Virus record (IMG/VR): IMGVR_UViG_3300033074_000961
Strand: one strand, 5' to 3'
From: a virus
Taxonomy: Duplodnaviria > Heunggongvirae > Uroviricota > Caudoviricetes
Length of the DNA stretch: 64,000 bases
Positions within the stretch are counted from its first letter, which is position 1. Each line of letters opens with the position of its first letter. The translations under genes were made by a program, and so were the position numbers. The notes below the pieces were generated by a model. It had not been told where the DNA came from, ran no database searches, and worked only from the letters and a program-made list of their open reading frames with translations. Positions 46,186 to 55,276 of the stretch are shown here, in pieces.

Positions 46186-47193
46186 TTACTTTCCAGCGAT
46201 GGGTTTCATGCCCGAACGATGGCGTCCGAACACCTTTTTACGCAACTCCACAATTGTATCACAAAGGTCTTCCTTGCCATACTGCGGACGGGAGTTCACG
46301 TCTCGTGCAATCAATCGCTTAATGAATGCACACATTTCTTCGGGTACATCTTTAGGCACCATCTTACGCTCAACGTATTCTGGACCACCCGATAAAGCAT
46401 AAATCATCGTCATTCCAAGACTGTAATAGTCAGACTCGGGAATGAGGGGTTTGCCAGCTATTTCTTCGGGAGGGGCAAAGTAAGGAGTGAACCCCTTTGC
46501 TTCGGCAGAACCCGTGGGTTTCACCATTGACAAACCGAAGTCCACCAGAACTGCCATGTGCCTATCCTCTTGCACGATGATATTCTGGGGTTTCAAATCG
46601 CCATGCACCACGCCATGACGATGAATGTAATTAAGAGCATTGAGGATTCTTTCAGTAATCCACGCAACGGTTTCTGGTTCCATTGCTCCTACTCGTTTCA
46701 CTTCTTTCTCAAGAGTGAGACCGGGAATGTAGCTCATGACGAGCAGTACCCGTCCATCTTCCAACTTATACAAATCCCTCATGGCGGGGAGAGCGTAGTG
46801 TCTCAAATCCCACAACACTCGGCACTCTTGAACAAGCATATCCACATCATCCAAAGAGACGTTAGAGCAGTCTTTGATACAGACCAATTCTTTGAGAATG
46901 GAATGCTCTGCTTTGTAGGTGCGACCAAACCCGCCTTCGGCAATAACAGATTGAACTTTGTAAGGTCCAATTATCTTGGTAGTGCCTTCGATACGTTCAC
47001 GGTCAAAATCACGACGCTTACGGGGGTCGGTAAGAATGTCATGTGCTTCGTTGAGGGAACGGGCATGAGACCCCACAGTGGCATGGTCTAAATCAGGATG
47101 ATGTTCCTTCATTAGTGCCCGATATGCCGCCTCAATCACTGAGGGACTTGCTTTCGGGTGGACTTGGAGGACTTGATACCAGTCGTTTTTCAT
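46186..47193 (-). CDS. J-domain (DnaJ) – Ser/Thr protein kinase fusion
   Basis: N-terminus DWYQVLQV...MKEHHPD (J domain with HPD). Kinase HRHGVVHGDLKPQNII, DFG, APE-like PPE. Confidence 0.65.
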   Translation of the reverse strand: MKNDWYQVLQVHPKASPSVIEAAYRALMKEHHPDLDHATVGSHARSLNEAHDILTDPRKRRDFDRERIEGTTKIIGPYKVQSVIAEGGFGRTYKAEHSILKELVCIKDCSNVSLDDVDMLVQECRVLWDLRHYALPAMRDLYKLEDGRVLLVMSYIPGLTLEKEVKRVGAMEPETVAWITERILNALNYIHRHGVVHGDLKPQNIIVQEDRHMAVLVDFGLSMVKPTGSAEAKGFTPYFAPPEEIAGKPLIPESDYYSLGMTMIYALSGGPEYVERKMVPKDVPEEMCAFIKRLIARDVNSRPQYGKEDLCDTIVELRKKVFGRHRSGMKPIAGK

Positions 47194-47225
47194 TGTGGCG
47201 ACATATTATACCACAACCAGCGTTT
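47193..47225 (-). promoter_or_regulatory. consensus σ70 promoter (TTGACA-N15-TGgTATAAT), short leader to the J-kinase operon
   Basis: CGCTTGACAaaacgctggttgTGgTATAATatgtcgccacaATG on the minus strand. Confidence 0.5.
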
Positions 47226-47380
47226 TGTCAAGCGGATATTTTTAATCGCCTCGTTGATCGGCATCTCGGGCAGTTAGCCAACCCACATTCCATTCACCAC
47301 GAGCATCTTCATCAGGATAATCGGGGCAATCTTTTTGAGGCACACCATCAAAATACGCTTTGAATCCAGCATCCCACGCT

Positions 47381-47617
47381 TCAAGTTTTTCTTTGTCTGT
47401 CATAAGTTTCAAATGTTATACCAAATCCCTCCGACTCAAATTGAGGAGGAGTAAGATGTCGAATTACTGTGGCAGCACAAGCAGTATCTTGTTTCAATTC
47501 ACAAATGACTTCGCCGTGATACATCATGAAGAATTCAGATGCGTTTTCAGCACGGACTCTTCCACCATTATTCAGGTGTTGTAATGCTTCACTCGGCGTC
47601 ATCTTCATTTCCTTCAA
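47381..47617 (-). CDS. hypothetical protein
   Basis: 78-aa ORF. Confidence 0.3.
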   Translation of the reverse strand: MKEMKMTPSEALQHLNNGGRVRAENASEFFMMYHGEVICELKQDTACAATVIRHLTPPQFESEGFGITFETYDRQRKT

Positions 47618-47870
47618 TCAAGTCAGTCAGTTGTTTCGTTGGTTTAATGTATCCTTCCGGTGGTGCCAATTCTCCTTTTTCAACCATTCGCTGCATTTCG
47701 GTTAGTCCACCAGCAATAATGCAACCTTTATCCCCAAGCGGGAGCATCCCCAAAAACACAAGGGGTTCGAGTTGACGTTTTCCATCTCGGGAAACCGAGA
47801 CGAAAACTTCCATGTCATCCAAATCCGAAGACTGGTACAATGTTGACTCCTTCAGCTGTTTGAGTGTCAT
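47589..47870 (-). CDS. hypothetical protein
   Basis: 93-aa ORF. Confidence 0.35.
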   Translation of the reverse strand: MTLKQLKESTLYQSSDLDDMEVFVSVSRDGKRQLEPLVFLGMLPLGDKGCIIAGGLTEMQRMVEKGELAPPEGYIKPTKQLTDLIEGNEDDAE

Positions 47871-47874
47871 ATTC

Positions 47875-48690
47875 TTATCCTTTCATAGGATTGGGATTAG
47901 CACCACATTCTGGACAAGCCTTCGTCGGCATACCATCACTGGCATCCATTGGTCCCATCGGAGATGCTTCACCCATTGCCCACAATCCATATCCCCAACA
48001 AGTCGTACACTTCTTTGTCTGTGGCGGTTTGATAGGTGTATTCAATTGATTAGCAATATCTACAATCTGTTTGGATACACAATCGGGGATAACAATCTTG
48101 TATCCGCCCTTCTTTTTAGGAGGAAGTTCAATACACTTACCTTCTTTGATTTCCTTCATTGCCTCTTTGAGTTTACCCTTGATTTCTTCGGCATGGTCAT
48201 CACACTTCTTTTCAGTCCATCCATAAAAAGTCAACTCCCACAAAATCTCAGCAACAACCTTTTCCATAGAATACTTGGCGTCATTGATGATGGGCGTGTC
48301 AATGATTTTGCTCCACGAAGTAAACCCCATTGCAAAAGTCTTGTTGTGTTTATTGAGATTGCAATTGTAGTACTTACCCTTCTTGGGGAATTTATTTCCA
48401 CCCCAAGGTTTTGCACCTTTGGGAGGGGCAACATAGCGAGGGTTTAAGAAACAGACATCAGCGTACTTATGTTTATCAAACCAATCTTCTGCCTCATGTA
48501 CCAAAATGGACATGGAGTACTTGCGTGTACGAGGCTTTTCAAGAAGTTCCTTTACGACAGACGTATAGGCATCTACCGTTTGTTGCAACGTCGGTGCCTT
48601 AGACTTGGGTTCGATTTCACTGTCCTTTTTATTGATTAGACGATAGACCTCATCAAGGTCAACTGACATAAGTGCTTGTCGTAGAGTCAT
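47875..48690 (-). CDS. hypothetical protein with C-terminal Cys cluster
   Basis: 271 aa; CTTCWGYG...CPECG. Confidence 0.45.
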   Translation of the reverse strand: MTLRQALMSVDLDEVYRLINKKDSEIEPKSKAPTLQQTVDAYTSVVKELLEKPRTRKYSMSILVHEAEDWFDKHKYADVCFLNPRYVAPPKGAKPWGGNKFPKKGKYYNCNLNKHNKTFAMGFTSWSKIIDTPIINDAKYSMEKVVAEILWELTFYGWTEKKCDDHAEEIKGKLKEAMKEIKEGKCIELPPKKKGGYKIVIPDCVSKQIVDIANQLNTPIKPPQTKKCTTCWGYGLWAMGEASPMGPMDASDGMPTKACPECGANPNPMKG

Positions 48691-48705
48691 ATCCTTATTT
48701 GATGG

Positions 48706-48912
48706 TTATTTGATTTCTGGTGCAATCTTGGTGTACGTGAACAACACATTTTGTGGCATCATGTGAGCATGGTCTTGTTTGACCTGATTCTCAAACTTCA
48801 ATTGGGCCTCTGCCCGATTGATACCGTTCACCAAGTAAGAAACGTCTTTTTCAAAAGGTGCGGAGATACCCGCAACCTTCGCACTAACTCTGGCTTCAAT
48901 TAGAAATAGCAT
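48706..48912 (-). CDS. small hypothetical protein (leaderless candidate)
   Basis: ATG lies 5 nt after a TATAAT box. Confidence 0.35.
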   Translation of the reverse strand: MLFLIEARVSAKVAGISAPFEKDVSYLVNGINRAEAQLKFENQVKQDHAHMMPQNVLFTYTKIAPEIK

Positions 48913-48915
48913 ACT

Positions 48916-48947
48916 GTATTATACTCCTTTGTTGGGAAAAGTCAAGC
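48916..48947 (-). promoter_or_regulatory. σ70 promoter (TTGACT-N16-TATAAT), leaderless
   Basis: aagCTTGACTtttcccaacaaaggagTATAATacagtATG on the minus strand. Confidence 0.5.
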
Positions 48948-49283
48948 TTCCCCTCGTTGTTGTTTCATCAGAGGAATTAAATCCTCAAAAGTTTTTCGGA
49001 TGACCCGATACCGATAGCAAACCAAGTTCTTGGTATGCGTTTTAATGATAGGGTCAAGTTTGGTCTTATCCACTCGTTGAAGTGTGAAGTCTCGGAGCAG
49101 TTCCATACAGGTGCAAACTGTCTCGGGGTCTTTCGCTCCAGTGATAGTAATCAACTTGCGAGAATAACTACCCAAAAGGCGGGAGACTCGTCTGCTTGCC
49201 CAAGGTTTACCTTCAAGAAGTTGTTCGAGTTTTTCGCTTGCCTTTGTTTTTCCGAATGTGAATTTCATGATTGTTTCTTCCAA
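48942..49283 (-). CDS. hypothetical protein
   Basis: 113-aa ORF. Confidence 0.4.
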   Translation of the reverse strand: MEETIMKFTFGKTKASEKLEQLLEGKPWASRRVSRLLGSYSRKLITITGAKDPETVCTCMELLRDFTLQRVDKTKLDPIIKTHTKNLVCYRYRVIRKTFEDLIPLMKQQRGEA

Positions 49284-49645
49284 TGTCTTATGAATTTCTC
49301 TGCCAGTATCTTGTCTCGTCGTGGTTCTCCATTGAGATCGTTAATCAAACATTCAAGAATGATACCGCTAACGTCGTCTGCATGATTCACTCCATAGGTT
49401 GTGAGGAACCACATGCATAGAATACTATCCTTATCCCATAAAGACCATTCATTACGAAGATACATGCCGAGAGAAAAGTGAAGTTGCGTAGAAAGCATCT
49501 TCTTGATTTCTTCCTTTTCTGCGTCAGAAAGTGCCTCCTTGAGCAGGACGAGTGCTTCCTCAAGATTGACGGGAACCTTATCTTGGTTCAGATTCATATG
49601 GTATTTCGTAAGGATACGGAAAGAAATCCGCATCGTAATTATCAA
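49265..49645 (-). CDS. hypothetical protein
   Basis: 126-aa ORF. Confidence 0.35.
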   Translation of the reverse strand: MIITMRISFRILTKYHMNLNQDKVPVNLEEALVLLKEALSDAEKEEIKKMLSTQLHFSLGMYLRNEWSLWDKDSILCMWFLTTYGVNHADDVSGIILECLINDLNGEPRRDKILAEKFIRHWKKQS

Positions 49646-50324
49646 AGGGGAATTGAAAGTTGTGTCTCAGTTTATGTTTCCGCATGGGTGTCACCAACTG
49701 ATACTTTTCTCCCTCGCCCCGTTCGAGTACCAATATCTCACAGTTCTTAGGATTACCCCACGATTCAAATTCTTCCACCGAGCAATGAAACCATCGCATA
49801 ATGAATAGGCGCATGGTCATTCCATGAGTGACAATCACACAATTGCGAGGAAAGTCTTTCTTCTGAAAGTCCCGATGCATTGTATTCATGAAGTCGCTTA
49901 CACGGTCAAATACATCCGCACAGGATTCACCACCATCACGAAAACGATAGTAAAAGTGTCCGTAGCTATCCCGATATTCCTCAACCTTCTCCTTGTATCC
50001 TTCCCGAGATTCCATATTCTGTCCCCACTCTTGCTCACGAAGGCGAGGGTCTTCGTAATAACGATACAAATCTGGGTCTGGAATAGGGAATGATTTGCGG
50101 ATACCGGCATAGGTCTGACGAGTACGCCAGAAGGGAGAAACGTAGAACTGAATGGACTCGTGTGGTTGAATGTAAGTCTTGAGAGACAATCCTGCACTTT
50201 CTGCTTGCTGTTCGCCCAAGGGAGTAAGTTGAAGAGCGTAGTCGGGGGTTGTAGCGTATGCTTCTTTGTCGGCATTACCCACAGACTGTCCGTGCCGGAC
50301 GAGGAATATCTTATCGGGTTTCAT
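49578..50324 (-). CDS. histidine-phosphatase superfamily (phosphoglycerate-mutase-like) protein
   Basis: LVRHGQSVGN (RHG motif); HG later in sequence. Confidence 0.55.
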   Translation of the reverse strand: MKPDKIFLVRHGQSVGNADKEAYATTPDYALQLTPLGEQQAESAGLSLKTYIQPHESIQFYVSPFWRTRQTYAGIRKSFPIPDPDLYRYYEDPRLREQEWGQNMESREGYKEKVEEYRDSYGHFYYRFRDGGESCADVFDRVSDFMNTMHRDFQKKDFPRNCVIVTHGMTMRLFIMRWFHCSVEEFESWGNPKNCEILVLERGEGEKYQLVTPMRKHKLRHNFQFPFDNYDADFFPYPYEIPYESEPR

Positions 50325-50628
50325 TATCCAAATAGTTGACTATCGTTTGTAAGTGGCATCGGAGTGACTTACATTTTGGATTGCCGCAATGTGGTTCGCA
50401 CCGACACCAGCAACCAAGTTTCTTTCCTTTTAACGCTAACACTTTAGCATGAAATTCGGGATCACGCAACTTTTTATAGAAGTGCTCCGCAAATTTTTCA
50501 CATGCTTCATCCCGAGTGATACCGAGGCGATTGTGGTCGAAGGGATTACCAAATGGAGAACCACGCCCACAATAAACTTCCGCCTTGTGATGGCGAAGGT
50601 TTACTATGGACGTGGTTTTCTCACTCAC
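50311..50628 (-). CDS. small Cys/His-rich protein (GNPF...CWC...CH; DUF4326-like)
   Basis: YCGRGSPFGNPF...GCWCRCEPHCG. Confidence 0.35.
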   Translation of the reverse strand: MSEKTTSIVNLRHHKAEVYCGRGSPFGNPFDHNRLGITRDEACEKFAEHFYKKLRDPEFHAKVLALKGKKLGCWCRCEPHCGNPKCKSLRCHLQTIVNYLDNETR

Positions 50629-50920
50629 GTTGTTCTGATGCCTTACGCCGTCACCTTGCGAATCTGGATGCGGGACTTCAAGATGTAATTCTTGAGCCAG
50701 CTCACATCACCACGCAAAGGTTGACGGTTCAGACTGTAATTGGTGAAGGAAAGACCCGCATAGGGACCAGTCCAACGACCATTGGAACGATAGAACAAAC
50801 CGAACCGAGGTTTCGTTGATTTTGCCATAACTGTGTTTCTGTTGCGCCCCAACTATAGGGGCAGTTGTAGTTTCAGCGAGTAGATTACCACACTTTTAGA
50901 TTGTTGTCAAGTACGAAAAA

Positions 50921-50945
50921 ACCCCGCCCGAAGGCGGGGTCTGAA
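50921..50945 (-). terminator. rho-independent terminator
   Basis: accccgccttcgggcggggTTTTTT on the minus strand, directly after the stop of gene 50958..52514. Confidence 0.65.
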
Positions 50946-50957
50946 TTCGTATGGTTA

Positions 50958-52514
50958 TTACACCACAACACGGTCGTAACGAGGATTGTTCACCGTCTCG
51001 TAAACGATGTCCATAGGACTGAAGCTCTTCGCTGAGAGCAGCGACTTCAAGATGCTTGGTGAGCATCCCGAGACAAGGGCAGTGCCATTGTCGTCCGCAC
51101 GGATTGGGAAGTTATCGTTGCGGGAGGCAACGTTCCACCACACGATGCGAGGCAGCGTGTATCCATGCTTCTCGTACTTCTCACGGATGACTTGGAAGTT
51201 GGTCTTGCTGTTGCAACCCGAGGCTGCATCAAACTCCATGTCGGAGACCACATAGAGAACGCTTGGCATATCCTTTGCCGCAACACGGTTCTGCACCGCA
51301 GTACGGAGGATAAGGTCAAACGCAGACTGGAGATTCGTGGACTGAGCCCAGTTGGACTTGTCCATGTTATCCCACTTCTCAAGCAAGGTTTGTCCAACCA
51401 ACTTTTGGAAGGTTGGCGAGCTGGAGAAGTTCATCCAGAAGTCCTTGAAAGGACCAACGTTACGCTCTGCGAAGTAAATCGCAAGCGAGACCGACACGAG
51501 AATTGGCAGCATGTCATGGGTGAACATGGAGCCAGACACGTCGGCAATAACAATACCATAGTGCTCGTTACCTTCCAGCCAGTTTGGCATGGACTTCCAT
51601 TGCAGGTCTGCCTGCTTTGCGCTCATGGCGTCTGGACGACCATGCATGACGATGGAACGCAGGATTTCGTATGGGAATACGGCACCGGCATTCATCTTCT
51701 TCTCGCCCTTCTCAACGGACTTGAGATAGGCAGCGTAACGCTCCTGATCGTGCTTACCGAACGCCTTGCGGTAGTTCAGCGAAGCCTTGGAAGGAACGTG
51801 CTCGAAGTCAATCTTGGCCCAGTCGCCAGCGCACATCTTGACTTCAAGTACATCAATGTGCTTACGCAGCGCAGAGAGAATCTTGCGGTAACGCTTTGGA
51901 GTCAGTTCAAGAGCCTCACGGGTCTTGCGAGCAAGACGACGGGACTCCGCAGAACTGGTGTTCTCGGACTTGAGCCACTTGGCAAGCAGCGAGACGGACT
52001 CGCCCTTCTTCATGTTCTTGAGGTCTGCCTTCAACTGGGTAGCGAAAAGGGCATAGACTTCCGACTCAAGTGGGGTTCCCACGAGAGCATAGAGGTCATC
52101 ATAGCGTCCGAAGAACGCCACGTTCTCAAGGTTCTTGCGAGCAACGTCGGTGTAGTTCTGGGCGAGCCAGTTCACCAACGTACGGAAGGTCTTACGCTCT
52201 CCCTGTCCCTCACGTACGTCACGGAGGTAGAACAGAATCTTGGTAGCCAAGAGACGGTCCTGTGCAAATGCACGGGAGAAAAGATTGATTACGTCCTGCT
52301 CGGCACGAGAGCGGATTGCTCCACCAGCACCGAAGAAGTCGAGGACATAGTTGAGCGTGCTCTTGTTGGTCAGAGCACCCTTCTCGGTATAACCGAGATT
52401 TCCCTGATTCTGCATAGCAGACAGGAATGGGTTCTGTGAGAGCACAGTGGTTTGAGGCACAAACTGAGTTGAGCGGGTCTTACGAGTCACGTTCTTCATA
52501 ACGGTTCCTTTCAT
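50958..52514 (-). CDS. TROVE-like N-terminal domain + C-terminal vWA protein (Ro60/Rsr-like or DUF2828-type)
   Basis: C-terminal MIDAS IVIADVSGSM. N-terminal GYTEKGALTNKST...LDFF and REGQGERKTFRTLVNWL resemble TROVE motifs. Confidence 0.45.
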   Translation of the reverse strand: MKGTVMKNVTRKTRSTQFVPQTTVLSQNPFLSAMQNQGNLGYTEKGALTNKSTLNYVLDFFGAGGAIRSRAEQDVINLFSRAFAQDRLLATKILFYLRDVREGQGERKTFRTLVNWLAQNYTDVARKNLENVAFFGRYDDLYALVGTPLESEVYALFATQLKADLKNMKKGESVSLLAKWLKSENTSSAESRRLARKTREALELTPKRYRKILSALRKHIDVLEVKMCAGDWAKIDFEHVPSKASLNYRKAFGKHDQERYAAYLKSVEKGEKKMNAGAVFPYEILRSIVMHGRPDAMSAKQADLQWKSMPNWLEGNEHYGIVIADVSGSMFTHDMLPILVSVSLAIYFAERNVGPFKDFWMNFSSSPTFQKLVGQTLLEKWDNMDKSNWAQSTNLQSAFDLILRTAVQNRVAAKDMPSVLYVVSDMEFDAASGCNSKTNFQVIREKYEKHGYTLPRIVWWNVASRNDNFPIRADDNGTALVSGCSPSILKSLLSAKSFSPMDIVYETVNNPRYDRVVV

Positions 52515-53599
52515 ATACTTTCTGTTGTTCGGGTTTGTTCAAGATACATACGTGTTATCACGAGATAGCTGTTCGTATCTTCAACGAAAATACTACTAGA
52601 TGCAGCCCTTGACGTTGGCAACCTGCATTAAGCGTTCCTGCTGTACGCATCTAAAATTGGGCTAGGTCCAGACGTTTACTGTTCGTCCTCAGAGCACTAT
52701 GAGATTTCTCCTAACTGAATAGGTGGAGTATGCCAGTATCTCCGTTCTTTTTTCATGGTTAGATGAATTTAGTTTTGTTGCTGTACGGACCTAAATTGAT
52801 TGTAGCGTTGGTATCGGCATTTACCTTACCGAAAGTCCCTTTTTCACGGACTAACACTACGAAATTCAAAGAACAATCTACAAATTCAAGGGGTTTCAGT
52901 AAAGAAACCCCAAACAAGATGTCAGGATTTACCGTTGTCTCGGTGGCGTGTTTACGTCTGCCCTTGACGAGTGCTCCGAAAACTAACTCTCTATCGGGCA
53001 CTACTCCGAGGTCTTTTGGGACCGGGAACCACCCCGTAGTCTTGTCAACCGTTGACTGGACGGTTTGCTGCAAAGTCAATTGGTTACACAGTGCAGCCGC
53101 TTGTTCTCTTTTTTCTTTTATTTATGTCTTGCTGTGACGACATCTTAATTCAGCAAACCACTCGGTCTGCCGAAAGTTTGAAAGAACAACGAGATGCCTT
53201 TGCTTTTTCAATAGCGTATGCTGTACGCATCTCAAATCATTGTGGCGAGAAGTATATCACACTCGCCGAAATTGTCAAGCCCTACTTCAAACTTTTTTCA
53301 ACAGAGTTTGTTTTGGGTCCAAGTAGGTAATGGCGTCATCCAATTCAAGTTGAGCGTCCACGACCTTACTGGCAAACAACGCATTGTGATTCTTTCCGCT
53401 ATTCAGGCGCAAAGCATCACCCATCAAACGGTCTGCTTCGAGCAGGAGCGAATGAATCTTACGAGCACGTTGTTTATCGTTCATTGTGGAGCAAACAATA
53501 CCACAATACTGTGAACTTGTCAAGAGGGATTTTAGCGTTCTCTCTTATTGGGAGACTTCGGGTCTCTGAGGATAAGTATATGCCAAAAACCAAAAACGA

Positions 53600-54385
53600 T
53601 TATTTTTTCGTTTTTCTTTGAGAGTATGGTTTGTCCACATTATGCAAGTTCTGTTCTGCACACACCCGCTCGACATCATTCGAAATTGATTGAAGTCTCT
53701 GCTTTGCTAATTCGACATAAGTATCGTTAACTTCAATGCCCACGTAGTTATGGTCCATTGCTGCCGCAGCAACAAGAGTGGTGCCGATACCGCAGTAAGG
53801 GTCAAGCACGTTCAATCCTCTGCGTTCATCGGCAATGCTGTAAATACAACGCACTGGTAATTCAATAGGAAATGGTGCGGGATGTTCCTTGAATCCACTC
53901 TCGGGGCGGATACGCCAAATGGAAGTCATCTTGGCATGTCTGCTTTCCAGTTCATCACCTTTGGTCAATCCCTTTTGCATCCAATAGATTCTTTCTTCAA
54001 CTTGCCAGAATCTCCATCCTCTTACGTTGCCAGCAATGATTCTATCCCAAATGAGTTCTTGGCGAATGCCCCACATGGTTTTGTTCAACCAATCCAACGG
54101 ATGAATCATCTTACCATCTTGCCAACGGAGTTTGTGGTTGTAGAAGATATGCCCTCCCGGCTTGGTGACTCTCCACAACTGGTCCAACACTTGCACTTGC
54201 TGCTTCTGATACTCTTCTTCGGGCATGTTATCAGAGTGAACACCATATTCAACTTTGCCCACCAACTCCCCCGATACTTTCTGCTTATTGTATGGCGGCG
54301 AGGTAACGGTGATGTCAAAAAAGTCATCCTCAAACTGCCGCAGTACAGTAACAGCATCCCCAACGTAAATCTTGTTGTTATCCAT
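53600..54385 (-). CDS. DNA methyltransferase, β-class amino-MTase (SPPY motif IV before FxGxG motif I); N4-C or N6-A
   Basis: VTSPPY then DPYCGIGTT. Confidence 0.65.
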   Translation of the reverse strand: MDNNKIYVGDAVTVLRQFEDDFFDITVTSPPYNKQKVSGELVGKVEYGVHSDNMPEEEYQKQQVQVLDQLWRVTKPGGHIFYNHKLRWQDGKMIHPLDWLNKTMWGIRQELIWDRIIAGNVRGWRFWQVEERIYWMQKGLTKGDELESRHAKMTSIWRIRPESGFKEHPAPFPIELPVRCIYSIADERRGLNVLDPYCGIGTTLVAAAAMDHNYVGIEVNDTYVELAKQRLQSISNDVERVCAEQNLHNVDKPYSQRKTKK

Positions 54386-54454
54386 TATGACCCAAATTTT
54401 ATACTACAATGAGGCAAACGTCAACTTATAATAAGTTGACCTATCATATGTTAT

Positions 54455-55276
54455 GTGGCATACTCGTGGGCGATGATACAATTGTTCAACGAGGACTTCC
54501 TCAAGGCAGATTTTACTTCCATCCCACCAATCAATTTGGTGGTAACGTCCCCGCCGTACAATGTAGGCATTGAATATGACAAGCATGACGACACAATGAC
54601 CTATGAGGAATATCTTGTTTGGTGCAAAAAGTGGATTGCTAAGCTTTATTCATTGATGGCGGATGACAGTCGTATCTGCATAAACATTCCATTCTCCATT
54701 ACACCGATTCACTTGAATAAAGTCAAGGGTGCCGAGGACATCAACTACCCCGTATCAGCAGACTACACCGAAATCTGTCAGGAAGTAGGATTCAAATACT
54801 ATCGTAATGTCATATGGCAGAAGTTAGGAAGCAATAAGACGTGTTGGGGAAGTTGGCGGTCTGCCCGTGCTCCTTTCATCATTGACCCCAACGAGTGTAT
54901 CCTTATCTTTTACAAGGGGAATTGGAAGCGAAAAGAAAAGGGCAAGTCCACCATTCGTGGTCGTGAATTCATGACTTATGTAAAGAATCTGTGGCACATG
55001 CATCCCGAGACACAATCCAAGCATCCCGCAGCCTTTCCGTTGGAACTACCGAATAGGTGTATCAAACTTCTATCCTATGAAGGAGACCTTGTGTGTGACC
55101 CATTCTTAGGGTCTGGCACAACAGGCGATGCCGCAGTCAGATTGAAGAGAAGTTTTGTAGGTGTGGAGAAGAGCGAAGAGTATTTCAAAATGGCAAAAGA
55201 AAGGATTGATACAGCAGAAATTCAAACTTCTTTGATTGCATCAATCATGCCAGATGGTGACGAAGATGATGATTGA
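54455..55276 (+). CDS. DNA methyltransferase, β-class amino-MTase (second SPPY enzyme)
   Basis: VTSPPYNVG then CDPFLGSGTT. Confidence 0.65.
   Translation: MAYSWAMIQLFNEDFLKADFTSIPPINLVVTSPPYNVGIEYDKHDDTMTYEEYLVWCKKWIAKLYSLMADDSRICINIPFSITPIHLNKVKGAEDINYPVSADYTEICQEVGFKYYRNVIWQKLGSNKTCWGSWRSARAPFIIDPNECILIFYKGNWKRKEKGKSTIRGREFMTYVKNLWHMHPETQSKHPAAFPLELPNRCIKLLSYEGDLVCDPFLGSGTTGDAAVRLKRSFVGVEKSEEYFKMAKERIDTAEIQTSLIASIMPDGDEDDD

Noticed and set aside
51165-52439. 424-aa plus-strand ORF antisense to the TROVE/vWA gene
   Set aside because: The minus-strand product has a MIDAS vWA and is followed by a clear terminator. The plus ORF has no features.
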